A program made the translations under genes and the position numbers. DNA of 64,000 nt from an uncultured Chloroflexia bacterium. Its GTDB lineage: Bacteria; Chloroflexota; Chloroflexia; QHBQ01; JADMIH01. Below the pieces are notes generated by a model that saw only the letters and a list, made by a program, of their open reading frames with translations, was not told where the DNA came from and ran no database searches. The stretch covers positions 189,207 to 253,206 of the forward strand of contig CAWINE010000005.1 of NCBI GenBank assembly GCA_963837315.1, given 5' to 3'. This document shows, one piece after another, positions 20,782 through 30,636 of this stretch (position 1 is the stretch's first letter; each line of letters opens with the position of its first letter).

Positions 20782-22338
20782 ATGCTATTTTGGCTGCTTA
20801 GCTTATCTCTCGTCGAGACCCATCCCAACCGAGCGTCTCAGCGAAAAGGAGCCATCGTGACTGAAAAGGGTAGAAAGAATAGTCCTAGCGTTGTAGAAAA
20901 AGACGACCAAGAAAATCCCAGCCAAGATAGCACCAAAAGTGTGGAACGCAATGGGAAGACCCCCGAGAGCGTAGTGCCCCATATACTGGTCGCGGACGAC
21001 GATAGCGCTATCCGGACGCTGCTGAGGACTTTCCTTGAGGAAGAGGATTATCAGATCACGGAAGCTCTCACCGGCCAGGAAGCACTTGAGGGCCTGCGCA
21101 GCGGCAACTATGACCTTGTGCTTCTGGATATGCGCCTCCCAGGGATGACGGGCCTCGACGTGCTCAAGCAACTGCGTGAGAAGCAGGGTGACATGCCTGT
21201 GATTTTGATGACAGCGTATGGCTCACCCAACACCGCAATCCAGGCTTCCTCGCTGGGTGCGTATGGCTATATCACCAAGCCTTTCGAGCTAGATGATGTT
21301 CTGCACAACATCACGCGCTATTTCGAGCGACAGAGGCTCAAGGAAGAGGTACGCTCGCTAAGATCCCAGATGGAGCCGCGCGATCCCTCAGAGCGGATCA
21401 TCGGCAACTCGCCCGCCATGCACGATATCTATATGGTCATAGGACGGTCGGCCTCAAGCGAGGCAACTGTGCTGATCACAGGGGAGACAGGCACAGGCAA
21501 AGAACTGGTGGCTAACGTCATCCATTCCAACTCCACCTACCGACACGGGCCGCTGATCAAGGTTAATTGCTCGGCGCTCCCCGAGACGCTACTTGAGAGC
21601 GAGCTTTTCGGCCACGAGAAAGGGGCTTTCACCAACGCCCTCACCCAGCGCAAGGGGCGTTTCGAGATGGCCCATAAAGGCTCCATCTTCCTTGACGAGA
21701 TCGGCGACATGTCGCTCAGCACCCAGCGCAAGCTGCTGAGGGTGCTGCAGGAGCGTGAATTTGAGCGAGTGGGCGGCTCGCTACCGATCAAGGTGGATAC
21801 ACGCGTGATCGCGGCCACCAACAAGAACCTCGAAACCGAGGTAGAGGCAGGGCGCTTCCGAGAGGACCTCTACTACAGGCTGAACGTCATCCGCATTACC
21901 ATGCCTCCGCTGCGTGAGCGTAAAGACGACGTGCCATTGCTGGTCGAACACTTCCTTGAGAAGCACCGCTACAGCCCTACCGCTCCCGCTGCTCGCATCT
22001 CCGAAGAAGCCATGCAGGTACTTATCAAGCACGACTGGCCGGGCAATGTGCGCGAGCTCGAAAACACCGTGCAGCGCGCCGTAGTAATGGCGCAGGGTGG
22101 GATCATCACGAGCCATCACATCGTTCTTTCCAATTTCAGCGACCGCCAGATCATGGATATCGCCCGCCTGGTGCGCGAGAATACACCGCTTGCCGAAATC
22201 GTCGGCCAGGCTGAAAAGTTGTCGCTCACAGAAGCATTGCAGGTGTGCGACGGTGACCGCAACGAGGCCGCACGCATGCTCTCGCTCGATCGGGCAGCAT
22301 TTTATGAGAAATTGCAGGAATACGGGCTCGCGTCTTAA
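20782..22338 (+). CDS. sigma-54-dependent response regulator (NtrC family: REC + AAA+ + HTH)
   Basis: '[10 protein letters not shown]...[10 protein letters not shown]' is the receiver domain. '[10 protein letters not shown]', 'GAFTNA', 'SIFLDEIGD' and 'EDLYYRLNV' are the sigma-54 activator domain. The first 60 aa or so are low-complexity, and the true start may be internal. Confidence 0.9.
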   Translation: MLFWLLSLSLVETHPNRASQRKGAIVTEKGRKNSPSVVEKDDQENPSQDSTKSVERNGKTPESVVPHILVADDDSAIRTLLRTFLEEEDYQITEALTGQEALEGLRSGNYDLVLLDMRLPGMTGLDVLKQLREKQGDMPVILMTAYGSPNTAIQASSLGAYGYITKPFELDDVLHNITRYFERQRLKEEVRSLRSQMEPRDPSERIIGNSPAMHDIYMVIGRSASSEATVLITGETGTGKELVANVIHSNSTYRHGPLIKVNCSALPETLLESELFGHEKGAFTNALTQRKGRFEMAHKGSIFLDEIGDMSLSTQRKLLRVLQEREFERVGGSLPIKVDTRVIAATNKNLETEVEAGRFREDLYYRLNVIRITMPPLRERKDDVPLLVEHFLEKHRYSPTAPAARISEEAMQVLIKHDWPGNVRELENTVQRAVVMAQGGIITSHHIVLSNFSDRQIMDIARLVRENTPLAEIVGQAEKLSLTEALQVCDGDRNEAARMLSLDRAAFYEKLQEYGLAS

Positions 22339-22396
22339 CTTCTGAGTTCTGAGTTTTAGTTTCAACTCAGAACTCAGAACCCGGAACTAAAAAATT
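22339..22396. terminator. hairpin terminator (TCTGAGT x2 ... ACTCAGA x2) followed by an A-rich run
   Basis: 'cttctgagttctgagttttagtttcaactcagaactcagaa' forms the stem. Confidence 0.5.
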
Positions 22397-22398
22397 CA

Positions 22399-22414
22399 CG
22401 GCACAACTCCTGCT
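22399..22414 (+). promoter_or_regulatory. candidate sigma-54 (-24/-12) promoter upstream of the REC-GGDEF gene
   Basis: 'GGCACaactccTGCt' has GG at 22400-01 and GC at 22412-13 with consensus spacing (TGGCAC-N5-TTGC, one mismatch), about 57 nt upstream of the 22471 start. rpoN and an NtrC-type activator are adjacent. Confidence 0.4.
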
Positions 22415-22470
22415 ATAGAAGCGGGTAATAAGGCGTGTATTACGCGTTGTAGAAAAATAATAACTACTTT

Positions 22471-23298
22471 GTGGGTGCTATGAGCAGAATACTGATCGTC
22501 GATGACGAACCGGCCATCGTAGAGTTACTCGAGGAACACCTCCAGAGCGAGGGTTATGATACCGAGCACGCCTTCTCCGGCGAAGAAGCGCTGGCGAGGC
22601 TGGATAAATCGGCCCCCGACCTGGTGATACTTGATCTAATGCTGCCAGGCATGGACGGCTATGAAGTCTGCAGGCTTATGCAGGCCGATGCTCGGCTGAA
22701 CCATGTGCCGGTGATTATGCTCACGGCGCGTAGCGCAGTGCCGAACAAAGTGCTCGGCTACCAGCGCGGGGCCGATGATTATATAGTCAAGCCATTCGAC
22801 CCCGACGAGCTAAGTGTGAGGGTGCGTGCCCAGTTGCACCATCTCTACCACGATAACGTGTCGGAGCTCACAGGGCTGGCAGGCACCGAGGTCGTCGAGC
22901 AGAAGTTACGAGAAGTGACAGCCAACGGTAACGAGGATTGGGCGATAGTCTACGTAGACATCGAGAATTTCACCGCTTACAACGAATCGTATTCCTTCAT
23001 CGAAGGCGACGACATGATAAATATGGCCGCCCATGCGCTGCAGCAGGCACTGGAGGAAGTGGGCAAACCGGGCGATTTCGTAGGGCATACAGGCGGAGAT
23101 AAGTTCGTTGTTATCACCCACCCGGACCGCGTTGAGCCAATTCAAGGGGCCGCCAACCGTATCTTCCTGGAGGCCACGCAAGATTTCTACTCGCCCACCG
23201 ATCGCGAACAGGGCTACCTGGTGATAATTGACCACCAGGGCAACCTATCGCACAGCAAATTATGCTCCCTTGGCTTTGATCTGGTGACGAGCCAGTAG
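22471..23298 (+). CDS. response regulator with REC and a degenerate GGDEF domain (motif GGDKF)
   Basis: 'ILIVDDEPAI...LDLMLPGMDGYEV' is the receiver domain. 'DIENFTAYNESYSFIEGDDMI...GHTGGDKFVVIT' is a GGDEF fold with the E replaced by K. Confidence 0.75.
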   Translation: MGAMSRILIVDDEPAIVELLEEHLQSEGYDTEHAFSGEEALARLDKSAPDLVILDLMLPGMDGYEVCRLMQADARLNHVPVIMLTARSAVPNKVLGYQRGADDYIVKPFDPDELSVRVRAQLHHLYHDNVSELTGLAGTEVVEQKLREVTANGNEDWAIVYVDIENFTAYNESYSFIEGDDMINMAAHALQQALEEVGKPGDFVGHTGGDKFVVITHPDRVEPIQGAANRIFLEATQDFYSPTDREQGYLVIIDHQGNLSHSKLCSLGFDLVTSQ

Positions 23299-23482
23299 CG
23301 CCACACGAAAGCTCATACGTAGAATAAGCAAATGGACCGTCCAGGCGGTCCATTTGCTTATTCTTCGTAATCATGACCCTACGGGCCACAGTGCCAGAGA
23401 AGATAAGGGGAGAAGTTTTGGGGACACCCAAGCCCGGCAGGGTTAGCCGCCCCTGCACCCCTATTCTCAGAGGGGCCGAAAC

Positions 23483-24052
23483 CTATATACCCATTGCAAA
23501 TTGGAGGCTATACTCCTCTTCAGCGGCCAGGATACCCATCAGACTGTGGAGTGCCCGATACTGCAAGGCACGAATAGCGCTCTCGTTCTTGTCCATGATG
23601 GATGCTATCTCGCTGTTCTCGTAACCCTCGATAAATTTCAGACAAATCACCTGGCGCTGTTCGGAGGTGAGCTTTGCGATTGCCCCTTCCAACTCATCGG
23701 CATCGAGTGTCTGGTGGAACGCGTTGCGCTGCTCAGCAGGCTCGAAGGGCGTGGAAATAATTGTGCTCAATGGAGTGGTATCGCGCCGTGTCCGGTAATG
23801 GTCAACCACCAGGTTATGGGCGAGCCTGTACAGCCATGACGAGAAGGGGAAGCCCTGCCAGGTGAAGCGCCCGATAGCCTCCCAAGCTTTCATGAATACC
23901 TGCTCGCAGAGGTCTTCAGCGTCCTGCGGATTGCCCACCTTGTAGAATATGTACTTGTAAATCTTGTCGAGGTAAGCGTTGTAAAGCTCGGCAAAAGCTG
24001 CTGGATCGTGTCCCGACGCCCGTCGAACAAGTTCGGCTTCGTTGCTAATCAT
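23483..24052 (-). CDS. ECF (sigma-70 family group IV) sigma factor
   Basis: 'FAELYNAYLDKIYKYIFYKVGNPQDAEDLCQEVFMKAWEA' is region 2. 'RQVICLKFIEGYENSEIASIMDKNESAIRALQYRAL' is region 4. Confidence 0.85.
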   Translation of the reverse strand: MISNEAELVRRASGHDPAAFAELYNAYLDKIYKYIFYKVGNPQDAEDLCEQVFMKAWEAIGRFTWQGFPFSSWLYRLAHNLVVDHYRTRRDTTPLSTIISTPFEPAEQRNAFHQTLDADELEGAIAKLTSEQRQVICLKFIEGYENSEIASIMDKNESAIRALQYRALHSLMGILAAEEEYSLQFAMGI

Positions 24053-24311
24053 CGTCTGATATAGTCTCCAATGAGAATGGGTAAGCGCCCCTATGAACCG
24101 GTATTTCGTGGTTACTGGTTAGTGCTCCATGGCTGGCGGTTAGTTGAATGTGCTAGCCCCTGGCACCTGGCCCCAACCACTCGTTAAGCACAGAGCCAAT
24201 TTGCAATATATGTGCCAATACATATAATGACAGGGTAATGACATTGTCATGCACTAACAACAGAAACTTGTGGCCTGGTTTTGCAGGAGGAATTTAGTCG
24301 TGGACCAGAGT

Positions 24312-25751
24312 ATGCAAACGGTCCCCGAACAATCGATGAGGGTGTCGCCCACCCTTATCATGGTGAACCAGCTCCTGGCTCTCTCTTCGATCGAGCTTCA
24401 GCAGATCGTTCATGCCGAGCTTGAAGAGAATCCTGCGCTGGAAAGTGTAGAAACCACCACCTGCATCTCTTGCGGTGCCGGTACCTCCGGTCTTTATTGC
24501 CCTGTTTGCATGCAACTGGTCGCGCCTAACGCGATGACCGAGAAGGGCGCCGCCAACGATACCGATTCGGACGACAATGCCGGCAACGGCTCAACTGATA
24601 GGGACTACGAATTCGAGAATTACCGGCCAAAGCAAACGCAGGGCGCCCTCTTTGACGAGGACGAGTACGACCCACTCGCCGTGGTGGCCTCGGAAGACGA
24701 CATGGCCGGGCAGTTGTTGACGGATCTGGCTGTGACTCTGCCTCAAGAGGATTATTATATTGCGGAATTTCTCGTGGGTAGCCTGGACGAGCAGGGTTTC
24801 CTTAGCTGTAGTGTGAAATGGGCCGCACGGGAGCTTGGCGTCCCGGTCAGTCGGGTCGAAGCGGTGCTGGAGGCGCTGCAGCGCACCGGCGCTGCGGGCG
24901 TGGGGGCGCGTGACCTTCGCGAGTGCCTGTTAATCCAACTGCGCGAAATGAAAGCGGCCAACACGCCGGAGCTTGTGCCTCATGTTGAAGAGATCATCGA
25001 CAAGTATCTGACCGAGCTTGGCGAACACAAGTATACGGTGATAGCGCAGCGCCTCGGCGTAAGCTATGAGACCGTGGAGGCGGCACGCGACTTCATTAAG
25101 CGGCACCTACAGCCGCGGCCTCTGCAAGAGCAGCCGGGTGGGCGCTCGTGGCGTCTCCCCACGCAAACGCGGTTCGTGATGCCCGACGTCATAATCCAGT
25201 TGCGCGATGGCAGACTCGAAGCCGAAGTGGTCGAGACCTACCGGTTCAGCCTTCGAGTGAACTCTCTTTACCAGAAACTGGTCGCCGAAAGCGGCCTATC
25301 GGAAAATGAGCGCGATCACATCCGCCGTTATGTCAACCGCTCGAAGTTGTTCATTTCCAATATCAACCAGCGCCGCGAAACTATCAAACGGATAACGGAA
25401 TGCCTGATAGGCATCCAGGAAGAGTACATATTGCACGGTGTGCGCCTTCTTAAGCCACTCACCAGGGCACAACTGGCGCAATACCTGGGCATCCACGAAA
25501 GCACCGTCAGCAGGGCCACCGCCGACAAGTACGTGATGCTGCCCAACAAGCAGGTGATCCCGTTCAGCGACTTCTTCTCGGCCTCTCTATCCGCCAAAGA
25601 CGTGATAAGGGAGATTATTACAACCGAGGCGCGGCCCATCACCGACAAAGAGATCGTACGGCGTCTCACAGAGCAGGGCATCCGTGTTGCTCGCCGCACC
25701 GTCACCAAGTATCGCAACCAGCTAGGTATTCTCCCCTCGACCTTTCGGTAG
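24312..25751 (+). CDS. rpoN: RNA polymerase sigma-54 factor with a Cys4 insertion
   Basis: The C-terminal RpoN box is 'ARRTVTKYRNQLGI'. The N-terminus is Gln/Leu-rich ('LALSSIELQQIVHAELEENPALE'). The insertion is 'CISCGAGTSGLYCPVC'. The alternative start at 24270 is not excluded. Confidence 0.85.
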   Translation: MQTVPEQSMRVSPTLIMVNQLLALSSIELQQIVHAELEENPALESVETTTCISCGAGTSGLYCPVCMQLVAPNAMTEKGAANDTDSDDNAGNGSTDRDYEFENYRPKQTQGALFDEDEYDPLAVVASEDDMAGQLLTDLAVTLPQEDYYIAEFLVGSLDEQGFLSCSVKWAARELGVPVSRVEAVLEALQRTGAAGVGARDLRECLLIQLREMKAANTPELVPHVEEIIDKYLTELGEHKYTVIAQRLGVSYETVEAARDFIKRHLQPRPLQEQPGGRSWRLPTQTRFVMPDVIIQLRDGRLEAEVVETYRFSLRVNSLYQKLVAESGLSENERDHIRRYVNRSKLFISNINQRRETIKRITECLIGIQEEYILHGVRLLKPLTRAQLAQYLGIHESTVSRATADKYVMLPNKQVIPFSDFFSASLSAKDVIREIITTEARPITDKEIVRRLTEQGIRVARRTVTKYRNQLGILPSTFR

Positions 25752-25938
25752 TTGTCACTGAATTGGGAACTGGTGCAGCTCCAACCTATTAGGGAATGGA
25801 TAGATATTGGGGACACCCCAAGCCCCGGCAGGGAGATCCCTGCACCCCTATTCCCAACTCATGTGAATAGAGATATTTTGGAGACACCTATGCCCCGGCA
25901 GGGTTAGCCGCCCCTGCACCCCTTCGTCTTTCGTCACC

Positions 25939-26790
25939 TTACGCCGCGACGCCCTGGCAGTTAGGGCAGAAGAAGGTGATACGGCCCGATCCCGGCCCCT
26001 GGCGCTTCTGCCGGATGGGCGTGCCACACACTTTGCAGGGCTGGTTGGTATGGCGGAAAACCCAATGGCGCTGCCGCCAGGTAGCCTTCTGAGCTTGTGC
26101 TTCGATATGCGCCATGACTTCGTCCGTGACCGTCTGGCCCCCATGCAAGAGGGCCCGCTGCGCTACTAGTGGGATGGTGTCGGCCAGGCATTCTTCCTGG
26201 TGCGCTGTAAGCTCTCCAACCTTTGTCCAGGGATTTATCCGACACTCGAAGAGCATATCACTCTTCAAGTAATTGCCAAGACCTGCCGCCACCGTTTGAT
26301 CGAGCAGTACAGGCGCAATTTCCTGCTCGAGATTATCGGGACGGTGGAGGCGTTGCAAGAAGAGCGCACGGTCGAAGGGCACCGCACAAATATCAGGGCC
26401 GATATCTCTCAGGGAGGGTAATTCCTCTAAGGGATCACCCTGTCCGATATTGAACACCTGCACGTTGGTAAGCAGGGCCTGACGGGCAGTAGATACGATC
26501 AGGCCGCGTGTGCTGCGATCATACTCGATCCGGTGGCGCAAAGAGTAAGTGCGAATCTTGCCGAACATGAGCAGGTGGATATGGAAGTAAATCTGGTCCT
26601 CAAGGTCCCAGATCAGATTCTTGCCCATAGCATAGACACGCTCTATCTGTTTGCCGTTCACCAGACCATCGTGCGCTTCGAGCCAGGCGCGCGTTTTCTT
26701 GAGCCTGGTATCCACGGCCACGATACGACTTCCTGCGAACTCCGAATTGAGCACGCCCGCCAATCTGTGAACCTCAGGTCCTTCTGACAT
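25939..26790 (-). CDS. Fpg/Nei-family DNA glycosylase / AP lyase
   Basis: 'MSEGPEVHRLA' places Pro and Glu at positions 2-3. The H2TH region is present. The C-terminal zinc finger is 'CKVCGTPI...FFCPNCQ'. Confidence 0.8.
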   Translation of the reverse strand: MSEGPEVHRLAGVLNSEFAGSRIVAVDTRLKKTRAWLEAHDGLVNGKQIERVYAMGKNLIWDLEDQIYFHIHLLMFGKIRTYSLRHRIEYDRSTRGLIVSTARQALLTNVQVFNIGQGDPLEELPSLRDIGPDICAVPFDRALFLQRLHRPDNLEQEIAPVLLDQTVAAGLGNYLKSDMLFECRINPWTKVGELTAHQEECLADTIPLVAQRALLHGGQTVTDEVMAHIEAQAQKATWRQRHWVFRHTNQPCKVCGTPIRQKRQGPGSGRITFFCPNCQGVAA

Positions 26791-26995
26791 AGCAGGATAT
26801 GCATACGCAAAATCAATGCCAGGCGGGTAACTGGTTCAATATGCCTATGGATGTGCAAAACTTTGGGGACCGCCCATTGACGGCGAATACAAAGGGCCAT
26901 ATACTGAGGGAGTTCGGGAGCCGACATTCGCAAGAATGAAAGCTGATGAACAACAGAGGCTCGGACGGTCGTTCGCGATTGTTCGAGTTTTCTGT

Positions 26996-27050
26996 TTAAG
27001 CAACAAAGAGAGGCGGTCCAGGCAGGGGCTACCTCTCTTTGTTGCTTAAT
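26996..27050. terminator. hairpin terminator downstream of the lipoprotein gene
   Basis: 'aagcaacaaagagagg...cctctctttgttgctt' is a 16-bp inverted repeat. Confidence 0.5.
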
Positions 27051-27056
27051 TAGCCT

Positions 27057-27782
27057 TTACTTCACGACAGGCGTCTCGATCTTCACATTCTCGTTGAAGC
27101 TCTTGATGCTGATTGTGCGGACGAGGTCCGGAGGCTCATCGGTCAGAAGGGGGCCCTGGAGACTTACCTTGCGGACCAGAAAGTCGCTCGTGCCTACCCA
27201 GAGGGTTGTAGTGAGGTCGCCCGTGGCGGTCACCTCGGGGCTGAGGGACTTCAGAGCGGTGGCGGGAACGCTCCCTTTCAATCGATAAGTGTTGGTATTG
27301 TCGATTGTCTCGGTGCCGTCCGAGGTAGCTCCTTTGATATTGGCGATAATATCCGAGACACCCTTCGACGGGTCGAAGAAGCTCGCCATATCAAGCTCGG
27401 TGGGCATGGGCGCCCATGCGCCGGAGGTCGGGTCGGTCCAGTACTGGGACTTGCCGTCTACCACCACTTTTATCTTCACGGGAATGCCGCTGTATGTCGC
27501 GGTAACGTCGCCCATCAGCCCGTTCGGCTTTACTACATCGCCGTCCACGCCCGTGATAAAGATACCCGGCGGCGCTTTCGCCACCTTGCCTGTCTCGAGC
27601 GTGAAGTGGAACGAGTTGACGGCCTGGATCGCAGGGGAGGCCTTCTGTATGACCTGGTCGGCGGGCAGCGTGGGAGAATTATCCCCGCAGCCGCTAGCCA
27701 CCCCGAGAAGCGCAATCCCTAACGTCAGAAACACCGCTCTTTTAGATAGATTTCGCACAAGCATAACTACTCCCCGATTCAT
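27057..27782 (-). CDS. LppX/LprAFG-like lipoprotein
   Basis: The lipobox is 'LGVASGCG'. The length and pattern ('YRLKGSVPATAL...WVG') resemble the LprG/LppX family. Assigned by eye only. Confidence 0.45.
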   Translation of the reverse strand: MNRGVVMLVRNLSKRAVFLTLGIALLGVASGCGDNSPTLPADQVIQKASPAIQAVNSFHFTLETGKVAKAPPGIFITGVDGDVVKPNGLMGDVTATYSGIPVKIKVVVDGKSQYWTDPTSGAWAPMPTELDMASFFDPSKGVSDIIANIKGATSDGTETIDNTNTYRLKGSVPATALKSLSPEVTATGDLTTTLWVGTSDFLVRKVSLQGPLLTDEPPDLVRTISIKSFNENVKIETPVVK

Positions 27783-27944
27783 CGCTATTGGATAAGCATA
27801 CCATAAATGCCCGGCGCGAAGTGCAAAGGGAAAGCCGATGGAAAGCCAACCATATGTGGAAACATCCTATCCGATCGCGATCACCATGCTATATTGGGTC
27901 CACGGGGACGCCCGAAGAGTTGTCTGAAGGTATGCTGAGATAGG

Positions 27945-28997
27945 ATGGTACGAGATATGTCTGAACCAGTTGATTTTTTGGAAGAAGAGGTCTTGCTAAC
28001 GGCTGACTATCCTGACGAAAGTGAGTTAGAGACTAATCATCTTCGCAGCGGAAATCTCGCGCAACACCAATCGCTGGTCGAGGAAATAGATTGGCTGCTC
28101 AAGCTGCGCACGAAAAACCTCGCCACGCGCCTCCTTGGTGAGGAGGGCCTGAAACCGGAGCTGAGGCCGTCGGGCATGGCAGCGCACACATCCGCTGTGA
28201 AGATCATACCCACGCGAGCAGCGCGCATCAGAACAGGTCTGCGGCGCGGAACACTGATGGTAACGCTGCTGGTGGTAGCGGCGGGCGTGCTGGCAAGCGG
28301 AGGCTATCTGCTTGCGTCCACTCCCTGGGTATCCAGCCTTTTCTCTGCGTCTGCCCCTAACTCGCCGAGTGCGCCCGTACAATCTCAACAGCCATCAGCA
28401 CTGCCTGTCATCGCCCAGCAGCCTGCACAGCCACCGCCGGCGGGCACCGGCGGCAGCCAGGATAGCGCTCGCGAACCGGCAGCGCCCCAGGCCGACCCCA
28501 ACCAATCTACCAACCCGAATACCTCGTCACCCGCCGATTCGTCGGCACTTTCCGGACTCGATTCCCGCGACTTGCGCGATAAAGGTATCGCCGCATACAA
28601 AGCAGGCAGCTACGCTGATGCGGTGAATGACCTGGAAGCGTCGGTCAACATGAGCAGCGACGACCCTGTGGCCCAGTACCAGCTTGGGCTTGCATATATG
28701 GCCGTGCAGAGCCGCGACCACTCGCTCGACGACGCTGAGCTTGCTTTCCGCACCGCCATATCGCTGCAGCCTAGCTGGGCCGCAGCCTACCAGATGCTGG
28801 CCGAAACGCTCATGCGCCGCGGCTACTACGAACAGGCCCTGGCACCTGCTCTTCAAGCCACCCAGCTCGACCCCACCATGGGCGAAGCCTGGATGACCCT
28901 GGGCCGGGCCTATTCAGGCGCAGGCAAAGAAGCCGAAGCCACCAAAGCCTTCGCCCAGGCCGCGAAATACGCGCCTGCGCCTCCACAGCAGCCGTAA
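27945..28997 (+). CDS. membrane-anchored TPR-repeat protein with a Pro/Ala/Gln-rich linker
   Basis: One TM segment lies at residues about 105-125. The C-terminal part carries TPR-like helices ('AYKAGSYADAVNDLE...LGLAYMA...'). Confidence 0.5.
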   Translation: MVRDMSEPVDFLEEEVLLTADYPDESELETNHLRSGNLAQHQSLVEEIDWLLKLRTKNLATRLLGEEGLKPELRPSGMAAHTSAVKIIPTRAARIRTGLRRGTLMVTLLVVAAGVLASGGYLLASTPWVSSLFSASAPNSPSAPVQSQQPSALPVIAQQPAQPPPAGTGGSQDSAREPAAPQADPNQSTNPNTSSPADSSALSGLDSRDLRDKGIAAYKAGSYADAVNDLEASVNMSSDDPVAQYQLGLAYMAVQSRDHSLDDAELAFRTAISLQPSWAAAYQMLAETLMRRGYYEQALAPALQATQLDPTMGEAWMTLGRAYSGAGKEAEATKAFAQAAKYAPAPPQQP

Positions 28998-29194
28998 ACG
29001 TAAAACGTGAGACGTGAGACGTAACCGCCAAGACGCAAAGAGCGCCTGGCGAGCCTTGGCGCTCTTTGCGTCTTGGCGGTTAAGAAAATACTCACTACGC
29101 TATTACCTTGTTTATGGTATAATAAGCCGCTTCTTACCTGGCGTCTATTAGCGTCAGCCAGTTTGCCAACCCAATATTATCCCGTAGACAAAGC

Positions 29195-29545
29195 ATGATT
29201 GGACCCGTCGTCAAAAGTCTCCGGCTGGAGCGAAAGCTAAGCCAGGAGGCTTTAGCCAATTCAGCGCACGTCAGCAGCGGTTACCTCTCCAAGTTGGAGC
29301 GCGGCCTCTACCGAGAGCCGTCGTATGAGGTGCTGAGCCGCATCGCGGGTGCGCTCGCCATACAGACCGCCGACCTCTATGTCGCCGCAGGCCTCGAACA
29401 CCTGATCGCAGAGTCTGATCCAAGCCTGGAGCCTGTCATGGCGCCGTACGAAGAGAAGCTGGACGACCTGCCGCGCCGTGACCGCCAGATTATTATGACC
29501 GAAATCCGCCGCATCTTCCTGGAAGAGAATGGAGAGGCCAACTGA
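29195..29545 (+). CDS. XRE-family (Cro/C1-type) HTH transcriptional regulator
   Basis: 'LRLERKLSQEALANSAHVSSGYLSKLERG' is the HTH. Confidence 0.8.
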   Translation: MIGPVVKSLRLERKLSQEALANSAHVSSGYLSKLERGLYREPSYEVLSRIAGALAIQTADLYVAAGLEHLIAESDPSLEPVMAPYEEKLDDLPRRDRQIIMTEIRRIFLEENGEAN

Positions 29546-30015
29546 GCACGCTAAACGACGAGCTCCTCGATACGATCGAGTTCCTCATTTACCGCCACCG
29601 CCTGCACACTCGCCTTCCGGTGGAGCTTGGCCCCTTGCTGGAAAGATTTGATATTCGCAGGTACAATTTCACCCCCATGACCATGGGCTTCGCGCTCGTG
29701 CGGCCCAAGGGGATGCACCTGGGTATCAACAAGAACCTCGACGTGGCAAGCCAACGAATGGCAATCGCTCACGAAGCCGCCCATATTATCGCAAACCAGC
29801 CCCACCAGATCTTCGTTTGCAAGACCAGCGATTGGTCAAAAGAGCAGGACGAGCGCGAGGCCCAGTTGATAGCAGCTTGCCTCCTCGTCCCCTTGAAGAT
29901 CGTCGCCGAAAATTACCGCGTCGGCGTGGCGAACCAACTCGCAAGAACACTAAAAGTGCCCCCCGACCTTGTTGACCTGCGCTGGTCCTTCGCGCGAGTT
30001 CATGGCGACATATAG
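29542..30015 (+). CDS. ImmA/IrrE-family zinc metallopeptidase (DUF955)
   Basis: 'IAHEAAHII' is an HExxH motif. The gene is adjacent to and overlaps the XRE gene. The listed ORF starts at 29620 but the frame is open from about 29542. Confidence 0.65.
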   Translation: MSTLNDELLDTIEFLIYRHRLHTRLPVELGPLLERFDIRRYNFTPMTMGFALVRPKGMHLGINKNLDVASQRMAIAHEAAHIIANQPHQIFVCKTSDWSKEQDEREAQLIAACLLVPLKIVAENYRVGVANQLARTLKVPPDLVDLRWSFARVHGDI

Positions 30016-30193
30016 CGGAATGCGGATTGCGGAATGCGGAATGCGGATTTACGTAACCGCCAAGACACCAAGAACGCCAAGGTTCGCTAAGGTTCTTAAA
30101 GGTGCCAGAGGAAGCAGTAAAAAACAATAAGCAGTACGGCCAGTCCGCAGTCCGCAGTCCGCATTCCGCATTCCGCATTCCGCAATTGAAAAG

Positions 30194-30634
30194 ATGACTG
30201 ACACCACCAAAGTTATTGCCTATATTACCAGGGACAATGCAGCAGGTAGGCGTGAGTTGCTTGTGTTTGAGCATCGGGACTATCCGGATGCGGGCATTCA
30301 GGTGCCCGTCGGTACTGTGGAGACCGGCGAGCTGCCCGAAGTTGCGGTGATGCGTGAGGCGGAGGAAGAAACAGGGCTTGCGGGGTGCCGGCTGGTCGCG
30401 AAGCTGGGCGTGTACGACTGGCTCAACACTTACACCGGCGAGATGAACGAGCGACATGTGTTCCACCTTGCCGCGCCATGCCGGAACCCAGGATAGCTGG
30501 ACGTGGGTGGAGACGGATGGGGGCAGACTGTCCGAGCTTGAGGGATATGTATTCCTGCTGAGGTGGGTGGGCCTGGACGAACGGTTAGAGCTGGCCAGAG
30601 ACCAGGGCCATTATCTCGGCGATATTGGCTAGGA
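30194..30634 (+). CDS. NUDIX hydrolase with an apparent frameshift near 30480
   Basis: The Nudix box is 'GTVETGELPEVAVMREAEEETGL'. The C-terminus 'WTWVETDGGRLSELEGYVFLLRWVGLDERLELARDQGHYLGDIG' is in another frame. Confidence 0.7.
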
Positions 30635-30636
30635 GT

